From the NCBI GenBank assembly GCA_021775875.1, contig JAJFHA010000027.1, positions 21,599 to 85,598 on the forward strand: a stretch of DNA of 64,000 nucleotides. The letters are read 5' to 3'. The notes under the pieces were generated by a model. That model saw only the letters and a program-made list of their open reading frames with translations, had not been told where the DNA came from and made no database searches. Positions 29,662 through 41,055 of the stretch are shown in pieces. The stretch comes from Hyphomicrobiales bacterium. Its GTDB lineage: Bacteria; Pseudomonadota; Alphaproteobacteria; Rhizobiales; NORP267. The number at the start of each line of letters is the position of its first letter. The stretch's first letter is position 1. The translations under genes were made by a program, and so were the position numbers.

Positions 29662-30807
29662 ATGACAATCAATTTTGAACTAAGTGAAGAACAATCCGCT
29701 ATCCGCGAAATGGCGAATGCGTTCGCCATGAATGAAATGGCGCCGCATGCTCGAAAGTGGGATGAGGAATCATTCTTTCCTGTAGAGACCTTGCGTCAGG
29801 CCGCCGCGCTTGGATTTGGCGGCCTTTATGTGGGCGATGATGTGGGCGGCTCCGGGCTGACCAGACTGGACGCGGCGCTTGTGTTTGAAGAACTAGCTAA
29901 AGGCTGCACATCAACGGCTGCCTATATGTCGATCCACAATATGTCTGCATGGATGATCGATGCGTTTGGCAATGACGACCAGCGCCAGAAATGGCTGCCG
30001 GGCCTTTGCTCGATGGACCTGTTTGCAAGTTATTGTCTGACAGAGCCGGGGGCGGGGTCTGACGCGGCGGCGTTATCCACCAAAGCGGTTCGCGATGGTG
30101 ACGATTATATTCTGAACGGGGCGAAAGCCTTTATTTCTGGCGGTGGAACCTCCAACATATATGTGTGCATGGTTCGAACCGGTGAAGCCGGGCCAAAGGG
30201 CATTTCCTGCATTGTGGTCGAAAAAGACACGCCCGGTCTTTCTTTTGGCGCTCAGGAAATCAAACTTGGCTGGAAGAGCCAACCTACAGCTGCGGTGATA
30301 TTTGAAGATTGCCGGGTTCCAGCCAGCAATCTGATTGGTGGTGAGGGGAGCGGTTTCAAGATCGCCATGGCGGGCCTCGATGGGGGCCGTATCAATATCG
30401 GTGCCTGTTCGATTGGCGGGGCACAATTCTGTCTCGATACAGCTGTCGAATATATGAAAGAGCGGAAACAATTCGGCAAAGCGATCGCCGAGTTTCAGGC
30501 CCTGCAATTTCGGGTGGCCGATATGGCTAGTGCCCTTGAAGCGGCCCGTTTGATGATCTGGAAAGCCGCCATCATGGTTGGTGAAAAGCAACCCGGCGCG
30601 ACCCGGATGGCGGCGATGGCCAAAAAAATAGCAACCGATTCAGGTTTTGAAGTGGCCAATGATGCTTTGCAGCTTCACGGCGGCTACGGTTATTTGCGGG
30701 ATTACCCGATCGAGCGTGTGTTGCGTGATGTGCGCGTGCATCAAATTCTTGAAGGCACCAACGAAGTGATGCGTTTGATTATAGCACGTCAGATATTTGG
30801 ATCCTGA
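29662..30807 (+). CDS. Acyl-CoA dehydrogenase (isobutyryl-CoA dehydrogenase-like)
   Basis: [32 protein letters not shown]; upstream of hydrolase and mmsB. Confidence 0.9.
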   Translation: MTINFELSEEQSAIREMANAFAMNEMAPHARKWDEESFFPVETLRQAAALGFGGLYVGDDVGGSGLTRLDAALVFEELAKGCTSTAAYMSIHNMSAWMIDAFGNDDQRQKWLPGLCSMDLFASYCLTEPGAGSDAAALSTKAVRDGDDYILNGAKAFISGGGTSNIYVCMVRTGEAGPKGISCIVVEKDTPGLSFGAQEIKLGWKSQPTAAVIFEDCRVPASNLIGGEGSGFKIAMAGLDGGRINIGACSIGGAQFCLDTAVEYMKERKQFGKAIAEFQALQFRVADMASALEAARLMIWKAAIMVGEKQPGATRMAAMAKKIATDSGFEVANDALQLHGGYGYLRDYPIERVLRDVRVHQILEGTNEVMRLIIARQIFGS

Positions 30808-30809
30808 TT

Positions 30810-31871
30810 GTGGTGGATAACAATAGCGACGAAGTTCTCTTTGATAGGGACGGGGTAACCGGCTCGATCACACTCAACCGCCCCGGGGCGATGAATGCGC
30901 TTACGCACGATATGGCGCTTCGTATCAGATCACAGCTCATCGATTGGTCAGGTGACAATGCAATCCGGCATTTGGTGATCAAAGCTGCGGGTGAAAAAGC
31001 CTTTTGTGCCGGTGGCGATGTGCGCAAGCTCTATGAACAGGGTATGGCGCAGGATAAAGGCTTTTTGGCCTTTTATCACGACGAGTATCAGCTCAACACC
31101 ATGATCAAGCGTTACGGCAAGCCGTATATCGCGTTTGTCGACGGCATCGTCATGGGGGGCGGGGTAGGGGTCTCGTTCCATGGTTCGCATCGGGTCATGA
31201 CGGAAAACGCGACCTTTGCCATGCCTGAAACAGGGATCGGGCTTTTTCCCGATGTAGGAGGCACTTATTTTCTGCCTCGATGTCCCGGCGAGATCGGCAT
31301 GTATCTCGGATTGACCGGTGCACGTCTGAAAGCGGGCGATGCGCTCTATGCCGGGCTGGCCACGCATCATGTGCCGCGCACAAAGCTGGGGTCACTTCTG
31401 GAACGGCTGAAAAATGCTGCTGCGGATGACGCGATTGCGGAATTCTCCGAGACCTTGGAACCTGGCAATCTCGCTCAAATTCGCAACTGGATTGACGAAG
31501 CATTCAGTGGCTCTTCGGTGGAGGATATTGTCACGCGGCTTGAAGGGCTGGACGGCGACGCGGGTGAATGGGGGCGCAAGATGGCGTCGCTCATTGCCAC
31601 GAAATCACCAACGAGCCTGAAAATTACGTTTCGACAAATTCGAGAAGGCGGCAATCTCTCGTTTGAAGATTGTATGCGGGTTGAATATCGCATGGCGAAC
31701 CGGATTTTCAGGGCACCAGATTTTTTCGAGGGCACCCGTGCGATCATTATCGATAAGGATAACGCACCAAAATGGTCTCCCGGAGACCTGGCTGGCGTGA
31801 GCGAGGAATTGGTAGATGAATTTTTTGCCGATCTGGGCGAAGATGAATTAGAGCTTCCGGCATACGGATAA
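30810..31871 (+). CDS. 3-hydroxyisobutyryl-CoA hydrolase (crotonase family)
   Basis: AFCAGGDV, GIVMGGGVG, AMPETGIGLFPDVG, EGTRAIIIDKD. Confidence 0.9.
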   Translation: MVDNNSDEVLFDRDGVTGSITLNRPGAMNALTHDMALRIRSQLIDWSGDNAIRHLVIKAAGEKAFCAGGDVRKLYEQGMAQDKGFLAFYHDEYQLNTMIKRYGKPYIAFVDGIVMGGGVGVSFHGSHRVMTENATFAMPETGIGLFPDVGGTYFLPRCPGEIGMYLGLTGARLKAGDALYAGLATHHVPRTKLGSLLERLKNAAADDAIAEFSETLEPGNLAQIRNWIDEAFSGSSVEDIVTRLEGLDGDAGEWGRKMASLIATKSPTSLKITFRQIREGGNLSFEDCMRVEYRMANRIFRAPDFFEGTRAIIIDKDNAPKWSPGDLAGVSEELVDEFFADLGEDELELPAYG

Positions 31872-31899
31872 TTTTTCAAATAAGATAGAGGGCCGTGAA

Positions 31900-32790
31900 A
31901 TGGCAAAAATCGGATTTATAGGTCTTGGCAATATGGGTGGGCCAATGGCTGCCAACCTGATCACAGCAAGCCATGAAGTATCGGGCTTCGATTTGAGTGC
32001 GTCTGCGATTGAGGAATTCAAGGCAAATGGCGGCAGCGCAATGGCCAACACGTCCGATTTGGTGAAAGACGTCGATATTGTCGTGACCATGCTTCCCGCA
32101 GGCACCCATGTACGGAGCGTCTATACCGGCGACAAAGGTATTCTGGCTGCAGCAAAGCCGGGCACTTTGTTCATTGATTCTTCCACCATTGATGTTCAAT
32201 CCGCGCGTGAAGTGGCTGACGCAGCGAAGGCTGCTGACATGTTGATGATCGATGCGCCGGTATCCGGTGGTACCGGTGGAGCAACGGCCGGGACATTGAC
32301 CTTCATGGTCGGCGGTCCTGATGAAGCGTTTGCAAAAGCAAATGAGTATTTGGAAATTATGGGCAAGACGATTGTCCATGCGGGCGGCGCTGGAAACGGC
32401 CAGGCAGCGAAAATCTGTAACAACATGATTTTGGGTATTTCGATGATCGGCGTCAGTGAAGCGTTTGTGCTCGCTGAAAAGCTTGGGCTGGATCACCAGA
32501 AACTGTTCGATATTTCTTCAACCGCCTCCGGGCAATGCTGGTCGATGACAACATATTGTCCGGTTCCGGGGCCTGTCCCGACATCTCCCGCCAATCGGGA
32601 TTATGAAGCCGGTTTTACAGCAGCCATGATGCTGAAAGATTTGAAGTTGGCGCAGGATGCGGCCAACGCGTCGGGTGCCTCTACGCCGCTTGGGGCGGAA
32701 GCTGCTCAGATGTACAATCTCTATGCAAGCTCGGGTGAAGCGGAGACTGATTTTTCCGGAATTATAAAATTCCTTCGCGGAACATCATGA
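31900..32790 (+). CDS. mmsB: 3-hydroxyisobutyrate dehydrogenase
   Basis: FIGLGNMGGPMA, DAPVSGG, KICNNM, YCPVPG. Confidence 0.95.
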   Translation: MAKIGFIGLGNMGGPMAANLITASHEVSGFDLSASAIEEFKANGGSAMANTSDLVKDVDIVVTMLPAGTHVRSVYTGDKGILAAAKPGTLFIDSSTIDVQSAREVADAAKAADMLMIDAPVSGGTGGATAGTLTFMVGGPDEAFAKANEYLEIMGKTIVHAGGAGNGQAAKICNNMILGISMIGVSEAFVLAEKLGLDHQKLFDISSTASGQCWSMTTYCPVPGPVPTSPANRDYEAGFTAAMMLKDLKLAQDAANASGASTPLGAEAAQMYNLYASSGEAETDFSGIIKFLRGTS

Positions 32791-32985
32791 ATCAAACCTT
32801 TGCAATATAGGACAATATGTTTCGATAATTGACTGTTTTCCGGGGGTTTTGCATATATGAATTGATTGCCGTTAAAATTTTTAACGCGCCATTATCCCTT
32901 TCGCTTAAGTGGATTTTAGAAAGCTTTCTGTAGATTGTTCGTCAAGCAGGGGAAGAACCCCGCACAAGTGACGAGGCAAAACAGA

Positions 32986-33495
32986 ATGAATATCGCCACC
33001 AACGCCGTAGCTGCTGATGAAGCTACAAAAACGGAAGAATTTACGCCTTTATATCTGGAGTCGTTGACCTTGGTTGAACGGCTGCACCGCCGCCTTTTGG
33101 ATGTTATCAAGGACGAGTTTGATCGCCGAGGGCGTTCAGACGTCAATTCGGTGCAAGCGTTGCTGTTGTTCAATATCGGTGATTCCGAATTGACTGCAGG
33201 CGAATTGCGTACCCGTGGATATTATCTCGGATCGAACGTTTCTTATAACCTCAAGAAATTGGTTGATGCTGGCTATATCCTGCATACCCGCTCTGAAGTT
33301 GACCGGCGATCTGTCCGGGTTCGATTGACCGAGAAAGGGAGTGAGATTTGTGAGATTGTGAATGATCTCTATCAGCGCCAACTTACCACAATTGAACAGG
33401 TTGGCGGCATTTCTTTCGAGGATTTGAAGACTCTGAACCGGTCTTTGCATCGGTTGGAGAGGTTCTGGACCGACCAAATTCTATACCGCCTATAG
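32986..33495 (+). CDS. ldtR: MarR-family regulator LdtR
   Basis: LVERLHRRLLDVIKDEFDR, GYYLGSNVSYNLKKL, RFWTDQILYRL; precedes L,D-transpeptidase. Confidence 0.9.
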   Translation: MNIATNAVAADEATKTEEFTPLYLESLTLVERLHRRLLDVIKDEFDRRGRSDVNSVQALLLFNIGDSELTAGELRTRGYYLGSNVSYNLKKLVDAGYILHTRSEVDRRSVRVRLTEKGSEICEIVNDLYQRQLTTIEQVGGISFEDLKTLNRSLHRLERFWTDQILYRL

Positions 33496-33513
33496 AAAAG
33501 GTCAAAAAAATGC

Positions 33514-33542
33514 AGCCCCGGCTTTGTCCGGGGCTTTTTTTT
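33514..33542 (+). terminator. Intrinsic terminator after ldtR
   Basis: AGCCCCGG-CTTTGT-CCGGGGCT then T run; A run upstream. Confidence 0.85.
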
Positions 33543-33709
33543 GCCCAATTTCGACCCTAAATATCTAATAATGCTTCGTTTCGTCGCGAAGTCGCGTTTG
33601 AAAGAATTGGTAACGCATTTTTTATTAACTAAACCGCTGTTATCGTTGTATGTAGTTTGAATAAATTGACAGATCAAAACAGTCGGGCATTTGCGCTCTG
33701 GATAACAAG

Positions 33710-35005
33710 ATGACGAACGATAAATTCGATATAAAATTACCGATGAACCGCCGGAATTTTGGGCGGGCTGCGCTTGGAATGGCGTCATCACTTATTATGG
33801 CCCGTGCCGCTATGGCGGAGACAATCGGCGTAGATGTTGCGTCGCTTGATACTCCTCAGGCGGAATGGGAAGAACCGTTTGATCCGAACCTTGGCCGCAC
33901 CCTGTTTGGTGCGCCGGGAACTGACTATGCAACGCTTGCACCGACGACTCTGCAATCCAGCCAGAATGCAATCGATAGATATGCAGAAATTGCAGCAAAT
34001 GGTGGATGGGCCTCTGTACCAGATGACGTGGCGCTGCGATTGGGTGTGCGCCATGAAAATGTCATCCTTTTGCGCCGTCGCTTGATGGTAACCGGAGACC
34101 TTGAATCAACGGAGGGTCGCGCAAATGTATTCGATTCATTTGTTGAAATGGGCGTTCGCCATTTCCAGTATCGCCACGGGCTTTACCCGAATGGTCTGGT
34201 GAATGAAGCAACGCTGGCGGCTTTGAATGTTTCCGCGCTTGATCGCTTGCAGCAGCTTCGGGTCAATATTGTTCGGTTGCGCAGTCTTGCTGAAGATATT
34301 CCTGAAAAATACGTGATGGTGAATATTCCTGGTCAGGAAGTCGAAGCGATTGAGAATTCCATCGCCTATTCGCGCCATGTGGCCATTGTCGGGAGACCGG
34401 AACGCCAAACCCCGATTATTATCGCCAAAATTCACGAGTTGAATTTCAGTCCCTATTGGCATGTACCGCGCAGTATTATTGAGCGAGATCTTATTCCTCA
34501 GGTGCAAACCGATCCCGAATATCTGGCACGTTATCAAATACGTATTTATGACAATAACCTCGACGAAATAGCGCCTGAAACCATAGATTGGTATAGCGAT
34601 GAGCCGCTGAAATATTCTTTCCGCCAGGATCCCGGCGAAGATTTGAATGCCATGGGTGCCGTCAAGATCAATTTTTACAATAGTCACGCCGTTTTCTTGC
34701 ATGATACACCGGAGAAAGACCTGTTTGCGGAGAATTACCGGGCCTACAGTTCCGGCTGTGTTCGGGTGCAGAATGTCGAGCATTTGATTACGTGGCTACT
34801 TTCGGCCAACCAGAAAGAAGAATGGTCGCGCAGCAAAGTTGATGCGGTTATACGCAGCGGTGAGCGTATTGATGCGCCGCTTGAGGCCAGAGTACCGATC
34901 TACCTGAGTTATATTACCGCATGGTCGCAACCGGATGGAAAAGTTCAGTTCCGCCGTGATTTGTACGAACGTGATGGCGTTGATCAACTGGCCGGTAGCT
35001 ACTAA
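33710..35005 (+). CDS. L,D-transpeptidase (YcbB/LdtP-like) with Tat-like signal
   Basis: NRRNF twin-arginine motif, PG-binding domain (FQYRHGL), HDTP...SSGCVRV. Confidence 0.92.
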   Translation: MTNDKFDIKLPMNRRNFGRAALGMASSLIMARAAMAETIGVDVASLDTPQAEWEEPFDPNLGRTLFGAPGTDYATLAPTTLQSSQNAIDRYAEIAANGGWASVPDDVALRLGVRHENVILLRRRLMVTGDLESTEGRANVFDSFVEMGVRHFQYRHGLYPNGLVNEATLAALNVSALDRLQQLRVNIVRLRSLAEDIPEKYVMVNIPGQEVEAIENSIAYSRHVAIVGRPERQTPIIIAKIHELNFSPYWHVPRSIIERDLIPQVQTDPEYLARYQIRIYDNNLDEIAPETIDWYSDEPLKYSFRQDPGEDLNAMGAVKINFYNSHAVFLHDTPEKDLFAENYRAYSSGCVRVQNVEHLITWLLSANQKEEWSRSKVDAVIRSGERIDAPLEARVPIYLSYITAWSQPDGKVQFRRDLYERDGVDQLAGSY

Positions 35006-35092
35006 ACGCTGTCTTTCAGCAATATCCCGGTAATTGTTTTCTGTTATTTGTGATTGCGGACGATCCCGATTATCGAATACGGGTTGAATGGG

Positions 35093-35281
35093 ATGCAAAA
35101 TCAAAAATCAGGCGGAACTTATTTCGAGCATTTGCGGCTCGGGAATTATTATAAAATCGTCGCGATTGATGCGAATACCGGTGTTGAAGTCACCGTCATG
35201 GGTCCAGCCAACGGTAATATCAAACGACTTGAAGATATAGCTCTTCGCAAACTGAATATGCGCCTTGAAAAAGGCCACTAA
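35093..35281 (+). CDS. Small conserved protein (DUF6898-like)
   Basis: YFE..LGNYYKIVAIDANTGVEVTVMGP..LEDIALRKL; typical gene before glyA in this order. Confidence 0.7.
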   Translation: MQNQKSGGTYFEHLRLGNYYKIVAIDANTGVEVTVMGPANGNIKRLEDIALRKLNMRLEKGH

Positions 35282-35385
35282 AGTCGATCGGGATTTCGAT
35301 CAGGATTTCGGTTGGCGTGAGCGGTGATCTAGTGCTAGTGAGCAACAATTGACAATCTCCCTGCACCCTAAGTCGGACAATTACG

Positions 35386-36666
35386 ATGACCTTCAATCAT
35401 TCCGGTTTCTTTTCAAATCCCCTTAGCGCTACCGATCCTGAAATTGCAGCGACAATCAGCAATGAACTTGGGCGTCAACGCGACGAAATTGAGCTGATCG
35501 CTTCCGAGAATATTGTGTCCCGTGCTGTGTTGGAAGCGGCCGGGTCCGTCATGACCAACAAGTATGCCGAGGGCTATCCGGGGCGCCGGTATTATGGCGG
35601 TTGCGAACATGTGGATGTAGCTGAAAACCTGGCAATTGAACGGGTCAAAAAATTGTTCGGCGCTGCTTTCGCCAATGTTCAAACCCATTCCGGGTCGCAG
35701 GCTAATCAGGCGGTGTTTTTAGCGCTTGCAAAACCAGGTGATACGATCCTTGGGTTGAGCTTGGCGTCGGGTGGGCATTTGACCCACGGTGCGCCACCAA
35801 ACCAGTCGGGTAAATGGTTCGATGCTGTCTCTTACAATGTTCGCCGTCAGGATTCGCGAATCGATTGGGATGAGCTTGAAGCTAAAGCTGCAGAGCACAA
35901 ACCAAAAATTATTATCGCTGGTGGGTCTGCTTATCCACGTACCATCGATTTTGCCCGTTTTCGGAAAATTGCGGATTCAGTAGGGGCTTACCTGCTGGTA
36001 GATATGGCACATTTTGCGGGCCTTGCTGCGACGGGCTTGTATCCAAATCCGATTGAACATGCTCATGTTGTAACTTCGACAACCCACAAAACCCTGCGCG
36101 GACCGCGTGGCGGTCTGGTTTTGACCAACGACGAGGTAATCGCCAAGAAGATAAATTCTGCTGTATTTCCTGGCCTGCAAGGCGGACCGTTGATGCACAT
36201 CATCGCTGCCAAAGCGGTCGCCTTCGGCGAAGCATTGAAGCCAGAATTCAGGGTTTATTCTCAGGCTGTCATGGATAACGCGCAGGCACTTGTAAAAACC
36301 ATCCAGCAGGGTGGTCTTGATATTGTTTCTGGCGGTACGGATTCACATTTGATGCTGGTGGATTTGCGACCCAAGGGGTTGAAAGGCAATGATGCTGAGG
36401 AAGCGCTTGGCCGGGCCAATATTACCTGCAACAAGAACGGGGTTCCCTTTGACCCGGAAAAACCGACCATCACATCTGGCATCCGTTTGGGAACGCCGGC
36501 TGGAACAACCAGAGGTTTCGGGACTGCTGAATTCGAAGACATCGGGTCGATGATCATCGACGTGTTGGATGGGCTACAGGAAAATGGAGCTGACGGCAAT
36601 GAAAACGCCGAAGCCAAAGTCCGTGATCGCGTAAGCGCGCTTTGTGCTCGTTTTCCTATATACTGA
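35386..36666 (+). CDS. glyA: Serine hydroxymethyltransferase
   Basis: [27 protein letters not shown]. Confidence 0.98.
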   Translation: MTFNHSGFFSNPLSATDPEIAATISNELGRQRDEIELIASENIVSRAVLEAAGSVMTNKYAEGYPGRRYYGGCEHVDVAENLAIERVKKLFGAAFANVQTHSGSQANQAVFLALAKPGDTILGLSLASGGHLTHGAPPNQSGKWFDAVSYNVRRQDSRIDWDELEAKAAEHKPKIIIAGGSAYPRTIDFARFRKIADSVGAYLLVDMAHFAGLAATGLYPNPIEHAHVVTSTTHKTLRGPRGGLVLTNDEVIAKKINSAVFPGLQGGPLMHIIAAKAVAFGEALKPEFRVYSQAVMDNAQALVKTIQQGGLDIVSGGTDSHLMLVDLRPKGLKGNDAEEALGRANITCNKNGVPFDPEKPTITSGIRLGTPAGTTRGFGTAEFEDIGSMIIDVLDGLQENGADGNENAEAKVRDRVSALCARFPIY

Positions 36667-36715
36667 TTGTAGGCAAGCAATGCAGCCGGATTCGATCCGG
36701 AACAGGAGACCCTGA

Positions 36716-37207
36716 ATGCGATGTCCTTATTGTAGCAGCGACAATTCGCAGGTGAAGGATTCACGCCCGACGGAAGACAATACGGCGATCCGGCGACGCC
36801 GCGCCTGCCCGGATTGTTCCGGGCGGTTCACGACCTTCGAGCGTATCCAGATGCGCGAACTCACCGTTATTAAAAGCAACGGTCGGCGCGCGCCGTTTGA
36901 TCGCGACAAGTTGATGCGCTCAGTTCAGATAGCGTTGCGCAAACGCCCCGTCGAAGCAGAGCGGATTGAGCGCATGGTCAGCGGCATTGTGCGGCAACTG
37001 GAAAGCAAGGGCGACAGCGAGATCACAACCGAATCGATTGGTCATATCGTGATGGACGGGTTGCGGGTTCTTGACGATGTTGCTTATGTGCGGTTTGCTT
37101 CTGTTTATCGCGATTTCAGGGAAGCTAAGGATTTCGAAGAATTCATCGATGAGCTTTCCGAAATTTCACCAATAACGGATTCTACCGTCGTTTCTGACGA
37201 TAGCTGA
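36716..37207 (+). CDS. nrdR: Transcriptional repressor NrdR
   Basis: [32 protein letters not shown]. Confidence 0.97.
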   Translation: MRCPYCSSDNSQVKDSRPTEDNTAIRRRRACPDCSGRFTTFERIQMRELTVIKSNGRRAPFDRDKLMRSVQIALRKRPVEAERIERMVSGIVRQLESKGDSEITTESIGHIVMDGLRVLDDVAYVRFASVYRDFREAKDFEEFIDELSEISPITDSTVVSDDS

Positions 37208-37229
37208 GTAATTTTCAAAGCTGCTTTCG

Positions 37230-38351
37230 ATGCGTTTTTCTCAATTTCAGAATGATCGCCGTAATATGATGGCGGCGTTGCGGCTGGCAATGCGCGGTCT
37301 TGGTCGCTGTTGGCCAAACCCAGCCGTTGGGGCGCTTTTGCTGGATAAGGCCGGGCATGTTGTGGGTACAGGCACAACTGCAGATGGCGGGCGTCCGCAC
37401 GCGGAGACCATCGCCATTTCTGAAGCTGGCGCGGCGGCAAAAGGAGGCACGCTTTATGTGTCGCTTGAACCGTGCGCCCATCAGGGGCAGACGCCGCCTT
37501 GTACCGATGCTATTATCGCTGCTGGAATTCGGCGGGTGGTTTGCCCTGTTTCTGATCCGGATATACGTGTTGCTGGTAACGGGTTCCAGAAATTGCAGGA
37601 TGCCGACATTGAGGTAACCACCGATATATTGATGAACGATGCCACCGGAATTGCGATTGGGCATATTTCGCGGGTGACACGGGGACGACCATACCTGCAA
37701 TTGAAGCTGGCTGTGTCCGCAGATGGTTTCATAGGCCGGGCGGGAGCCGGGCAGGTTGCGATTACGGGTGATGTATCGCTTCGATATGTGCACCGAATGC
37801 GTGCCATGAGCGATGCCATTCTGGTGGGGAGCGGAACTGCACTGGCTGATGATCCTGATTTGCGATGCCGACTGCCCGGCTGCGGCGATCTGTCGCCCGT
37901 GCGGGTTGTTCTGGATTCGGGGCTGAATTTGCCCCAAAAATCGAAGCTGGTGAAGACAGCCAATGAGACGCCTGTCTGGATTTTCTCGGGGCGAGATTTC
38001 AATGAAAACCGCCTGAATGATCTTTCCAATCTTGGTGTTAAAATTGAACCTATTGAGCAAATTAATGGCGGAAAACTTGACCTGAACAAGGTAATGACTG
38101 CGCTCGGGCAAGAGGGTGTTACCCGGCTCATGGTGGAAGGGGGTTCGGCTTTGTCCGGCGCGTTGCTGGACGGAGAATTTATTGACGAACTCGTTGTCTT
38201 TGAGGGAAAAATGGAAATTGGCAAATGTGGAATATTGCCATTCAAAGACCGAAAAATTGATGTCATAACCCGCTCACCACTATATTATCTGGCCGAGACC
38301 CGCGTTGTTGGGGGCGACAGGATGCGTATATTCCGAAAGCGGAGGCTTTGA
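37230..38351 (+). CDS. ribD: Riboflavin biosynthesis deaminase/reductase
   Basis: PNPAVG, HAE, LEPCAH..TPPC, VEGG. Confidence 0.95.
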   Translation: MRFSQFQNDRRNMMAALRLAMRGLGRCWPNPAVGALLLDKAGHVVGTGTTADGGRPHAETIAISEAGAAAKGGTLYVSLEPCAHQGQTPPCTDAIIAAGIRRVVCPVSDPDIRVAGNGFQKLQDADIEVTTDILMNDATGIAIGHISRVTRGRPYLQLKLAVSADGFIGRAGAGQVAITGDVSLRYVHRMRAMSDAILVGSGTALADDPDLRCRLPGCGDLSPVRVVLDSGLNLPQKSKLVKTANETPVWIFSGRDFNENRLNDLSNLGVKIEPIEQINGGKLDLNKVMTALGQEGVTRLMVEGGSALSGALLDGEFIDELVVFEGKMEIGKCGILPFKDRKIDVITRSPLYYLAETRVVGGDRMRIFRKRRL

Positions 38352-38352
38352 A

Positions 38353-38961
38353 TTGTTTACGGGAATAATCACCGACAAAGGCCAGGTTGCCTCGCTTGAA
38401 AAATCCGAAGACGGCATGACGGTTCGGATCAAGAGTGGCTTTCAGGCAGACACAATTGAAACCGGTTGCTCGATTTGTTGTTCTGGCTGTTGCCTGACAG
38501 TCACTGATTTTGGCGAGGCTGATGCCGGGTGCTGGTTTGAGGTTGATATTTCTAACGAAAGCCTTGCCCTGACGACGCTTGGGCAGTGGGAAATCGGATC
38601 GCCAGTAAATCTGGAACGCGCAGTAACCCTCTCGACGGAGCTTGGTGGTCATATGGTCACGGGCCATGTTGATGGACTGGCGACAATCGTCGCGCAGGCA
38701 GGTGATGGTGACAGTGTCAGGTTCGATCTCGAAGCGCCTGTCGATCTTGCTGGCTTTATTGCGAAAAAGGGTTCAGTAACCCTCGACGGAACGTCTTTGA
38801 CGGTCAACGGAGTTGACGCCCGGCAGTTTTCCATCAACCTCATTCCCCATACTCTGGGTGTCACAACATGGGGAAAAAAGCAGGTTGGTGACGCGGTTAA
38901 TCTGGAAGTTGATCTGATAGCCAGATATGTTGCCAGACTTGTTGAATATAATGCCGACTAG
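38353..38961 (+). CDS. ribE: Riboflavin synthase
   Basis: TTG start after GGAGG gives MFTGII; GCCLTV, VNLERA, GGHMVTGHVDG, VNLEVD. Confidence 0.95.
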   Translation: MFTGIITDKGQVASLEKSEDGMTVRIKSGFQADTIETGCSICCSGCCLTVTDFGEADAGCWFEVDISNESLALTTLGQWEIGSPVNLERAVTLSTELGGHMVTGHVDGLATIVAQAGDGDSVRFDLEAPVDLAGFIAKKGSVTLDGTSLTVNGVDARQFSINLIPHTLGVTTWGKKQVGDAVNLEVDLIARYVARLVEYNAD

Positions 38962-38976
38962 GGTCAGGAGCAGACT

Positions 38977-40122
38977 TTGAACGAGCGTGCTACAGAAGAT
39001 TATTCCTCTTTCCTCTCACCGATTCAGGATGTGATTGAAGACGCCCGCAACGGGCGCATGTTCATCCTTGTGGATGCGGAAGATCGCGAGAATGAAGGGG
39101 ATTTGATTGTCCCAGGCCAGATGGCGACGCCGGAAGCTGTTAATTTTATGGCCAAATTTGGTCGCGGTCTGGTTTGTCTGGCTTTGACCGGTGAGCGGGC
39201 CGAGCAACTTGATTTATCAATGATGTCACGCGCCAACCGCTCGCGGCATCAAACTGCTTTCACGATTTCGATTGAAGCGCGGGAAGGTATCTCCACCGGC
39301 ATTTCGGCGCATGACCGGGCGCGTACGATTTCGGTCGCGATTGATCCAACCAAATCTGATGAAGACCTGGTCTCTCCCGGGCATGTATTTCCACTCATCG
39401 CCCGCGATGGTGGCGTGTTGGTGCGGGCAGGGCACACAGAAGCAGCCGTTGATATTTCGCGGCTTGCCGGTCTCCATCCGTCTGGCGTGATTTGTGAAAT
39501 CATGAACGACGACGGCACCATGGCACGGTTGCCTGATCTTGTGGAATTTGCCCGTCACCATGAGTTGAAAATCGGGACCATCGCCGATCTCATTGCTTAT
39601 CGGCGCAATCACGACAGTCTTGTCCGGATGGATTACGAGACCGAAATTGATAGCCAATTCGGCGGAAAATTCGCTCTTAAAGTTTATGTGAATACCCTTG
39701 AATATGCCGAGCATATTGTTCTGGCAAAAGGCGACATTCAGAGCGACAAACCGACCCTTGTCCGGATGCATTCGGTGAATGTTGTCGATGATATTGTTGG
39801 TGCTAATGTTGGCACAGGCAATCTGGTTCACCGGGCCATGGAAGAAATTGAGCGGGAAGGGAGCGGCGTTATCGTCGTTATTCGTGATACCCGTCCGACC
39901 ACAGTGACCGACAGGTTGCTCCGGGCGGAAAAAGGCGACAACGAAAAAGTTGGTGGAAATCGGCTTATTGAATATGGCGTCGGGGCGCAAATCCTGCTCG
40001 ATCTGGGTGTCAAGGATATGATTTTGATGTCGAACCGGCCCTCCAAAAAAATTGTCGGGCTTGAAGGTTATGGCTTGCGGGTTGTTGGTCACCGGACATT
40101 GAGCCCGAAGGAAACCGGATAG
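38977..40122 (+). CDS. ribB: DHBP synthase fused to degenerate GTP cyclohydrolase II domain
   Basis: [26 protein letters not shown]; C-terminal domain lacks the Cys zinc ligands. Confidence 0.93.
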   Translation: MNERATEDYSSFLSPIQDVIEDARNGRMFILVDAEDRENEGDLIVPGQMATPEAVNFMAKFGRGLVCLALTGERAEQLDLSMMSRANRSRHQTAFTISIEAREGISTGISAHDRARTISVAIDPTKSDEDLVSPGHVFPLIARDGGVLVRAGHTEAAVDISRLAGLHPSGVICEIMNDDGTMARLPDLVEFARHHELKIGTIADLIAYRRNHDSLVRMDYETEIDSQFGGKFALKVYVNTLEYAEHIVLAKGDIQSDKPTLVRMHSVNVVDDIVGANVGTGNLVHRAMEEIEREGSGVIVVIRDTRPTTVTDRLLRAEKGDNEKVGGNRLIEYGVGAQILLDLGVKDMILMSNRPSKKIVGLEGYGLRVVGHRTLSPKETG

Positions 40123-40125
40123 ACG

Positions 40126-40566
40126 ATGGCTCATTATTTGATTATCGATGCGCGGTTTTACCCAGAAATCGCAGATGAATTATGCGCTGGTGCTATCGCA
40201 GAGATAGAATCTGCTGGTGCGACGTATGAGCGGGTTTCGGTTCCGGGCGTTCTCGAAATGCCGACTGCGCTTGCGATTTCTTATGATGTGAATGGTAAAA
40301 AATACGACGGATTCATTATGCTTGGATGTGTCATTAGAGGCGAGACATCGCATTATGATATTGTGGCAATTGAATCGGCGCGAGCTATCATGGATTTTTC
40401 TGTTGCCTATCGTGCACCTGTGGGAAACGGTATTTTGACCGTTGAAAACCGGCGACAGGCTGAGGTTCGGGCCGCTGTTAGTGACAAGAATAAGGGCAGG
40501 GACGCTGCACGCGCGGTCATTGCTCTGGCTGCGTTGAAACAACAAATGGCAGGTGAAGCATCGTGA
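40126..40566 (+). CDS. ribH: 6,7-dimethyl-8-ribityllumazine synthase
   Basis: VPGVLEMP, GCVIRGETSHY, GNGILT. Confidence 0.95.
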   Translation: MAHYLIIDARFYPEIADELCAGAIAEIESAGATYERVSVPGVLEMPTALAISYDVNGKKYDGFIMLGCVIRGETSHYDIVAIESARAIMDFSVAYRAPVGNGILTVENRRQAEVRAAVSDKNKGRDAARAVIALAALKQQMAGEAS

Positions 40567-41030
40567 GCAACAGGGTCGATCATACAAGCCGCAGCCTGGC
40601 CCGCCTTGGTGCGGTGCAGGCGCTTTATCAGATGGATATTGCGGGCAGTGATCTGGAACGTGTTCTGGCGGAATTTGCTTCCTTGTATCTGGGTAAGGGG
40701 CCGGATGGCGAAATAATTGGCGAGGCTGACGAAAATCATTTTCGCGCACTTGTTTCCGGCGCTGTCGAAAATCAAAGCGAGATCGATCCCAAGATCGATA
40801 AACAGCTAGCTGAAGGGTGGCGCCTGGACCGACTTGATTCTACCCTACGTGCGATTTTGCGAATCGGCACCTTTGAGCTTGGCTGGTGCCTGGATGTGCC
40901 GGTAAATGTGGTGCTCGACGAATATATCGAGCTGTCCCACGATTTTTTCGATGGCGACGAAGACAAGGTCGTAAACGGCGTTCTGGATGCGCTTGCTAAG
41001 ACATTGCGGGCTAGCGAATTATCCGCCTGA
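40563..41030 (+). CDS. nusB: Transcription antitermination factor NusB
   Basis: RSLARLGAVQALYQ, WRLDRLDSTLRAILR, VNGVLD. Confidence 0.95.
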   Translation: MSNRVDHTSRSLARLGAVQALYQMDIAGSDLERVLAEFASLYLGKGPDGEIIGEADENHFRALVSGAVENQSEIDPKIDKQLAEGWRLDRLDSTLRAILRIGTFELGWCLDVPVNVVLDEYIELSHDFFDGDEDKVVNGVLDALAKTLRASELSA

Positions 41031-41055
41031 TCAATTTGATCAATGGACCGGGCAA

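Noticed and set aside
35282-35385. ZMP/ZTP riboswitch often found before glyA
   Set aside because: The GACTGGCG and CGCCTGGG consensus elements are not present.
37215-40134. Long antisense ORFs (298, 261 and 302 aa) opposite ribD and ribB; similar ones opposite parC and the L,D-transpeptidase
   Set aside because: Shadow frames of well-conserved genes with no motifs of their own.
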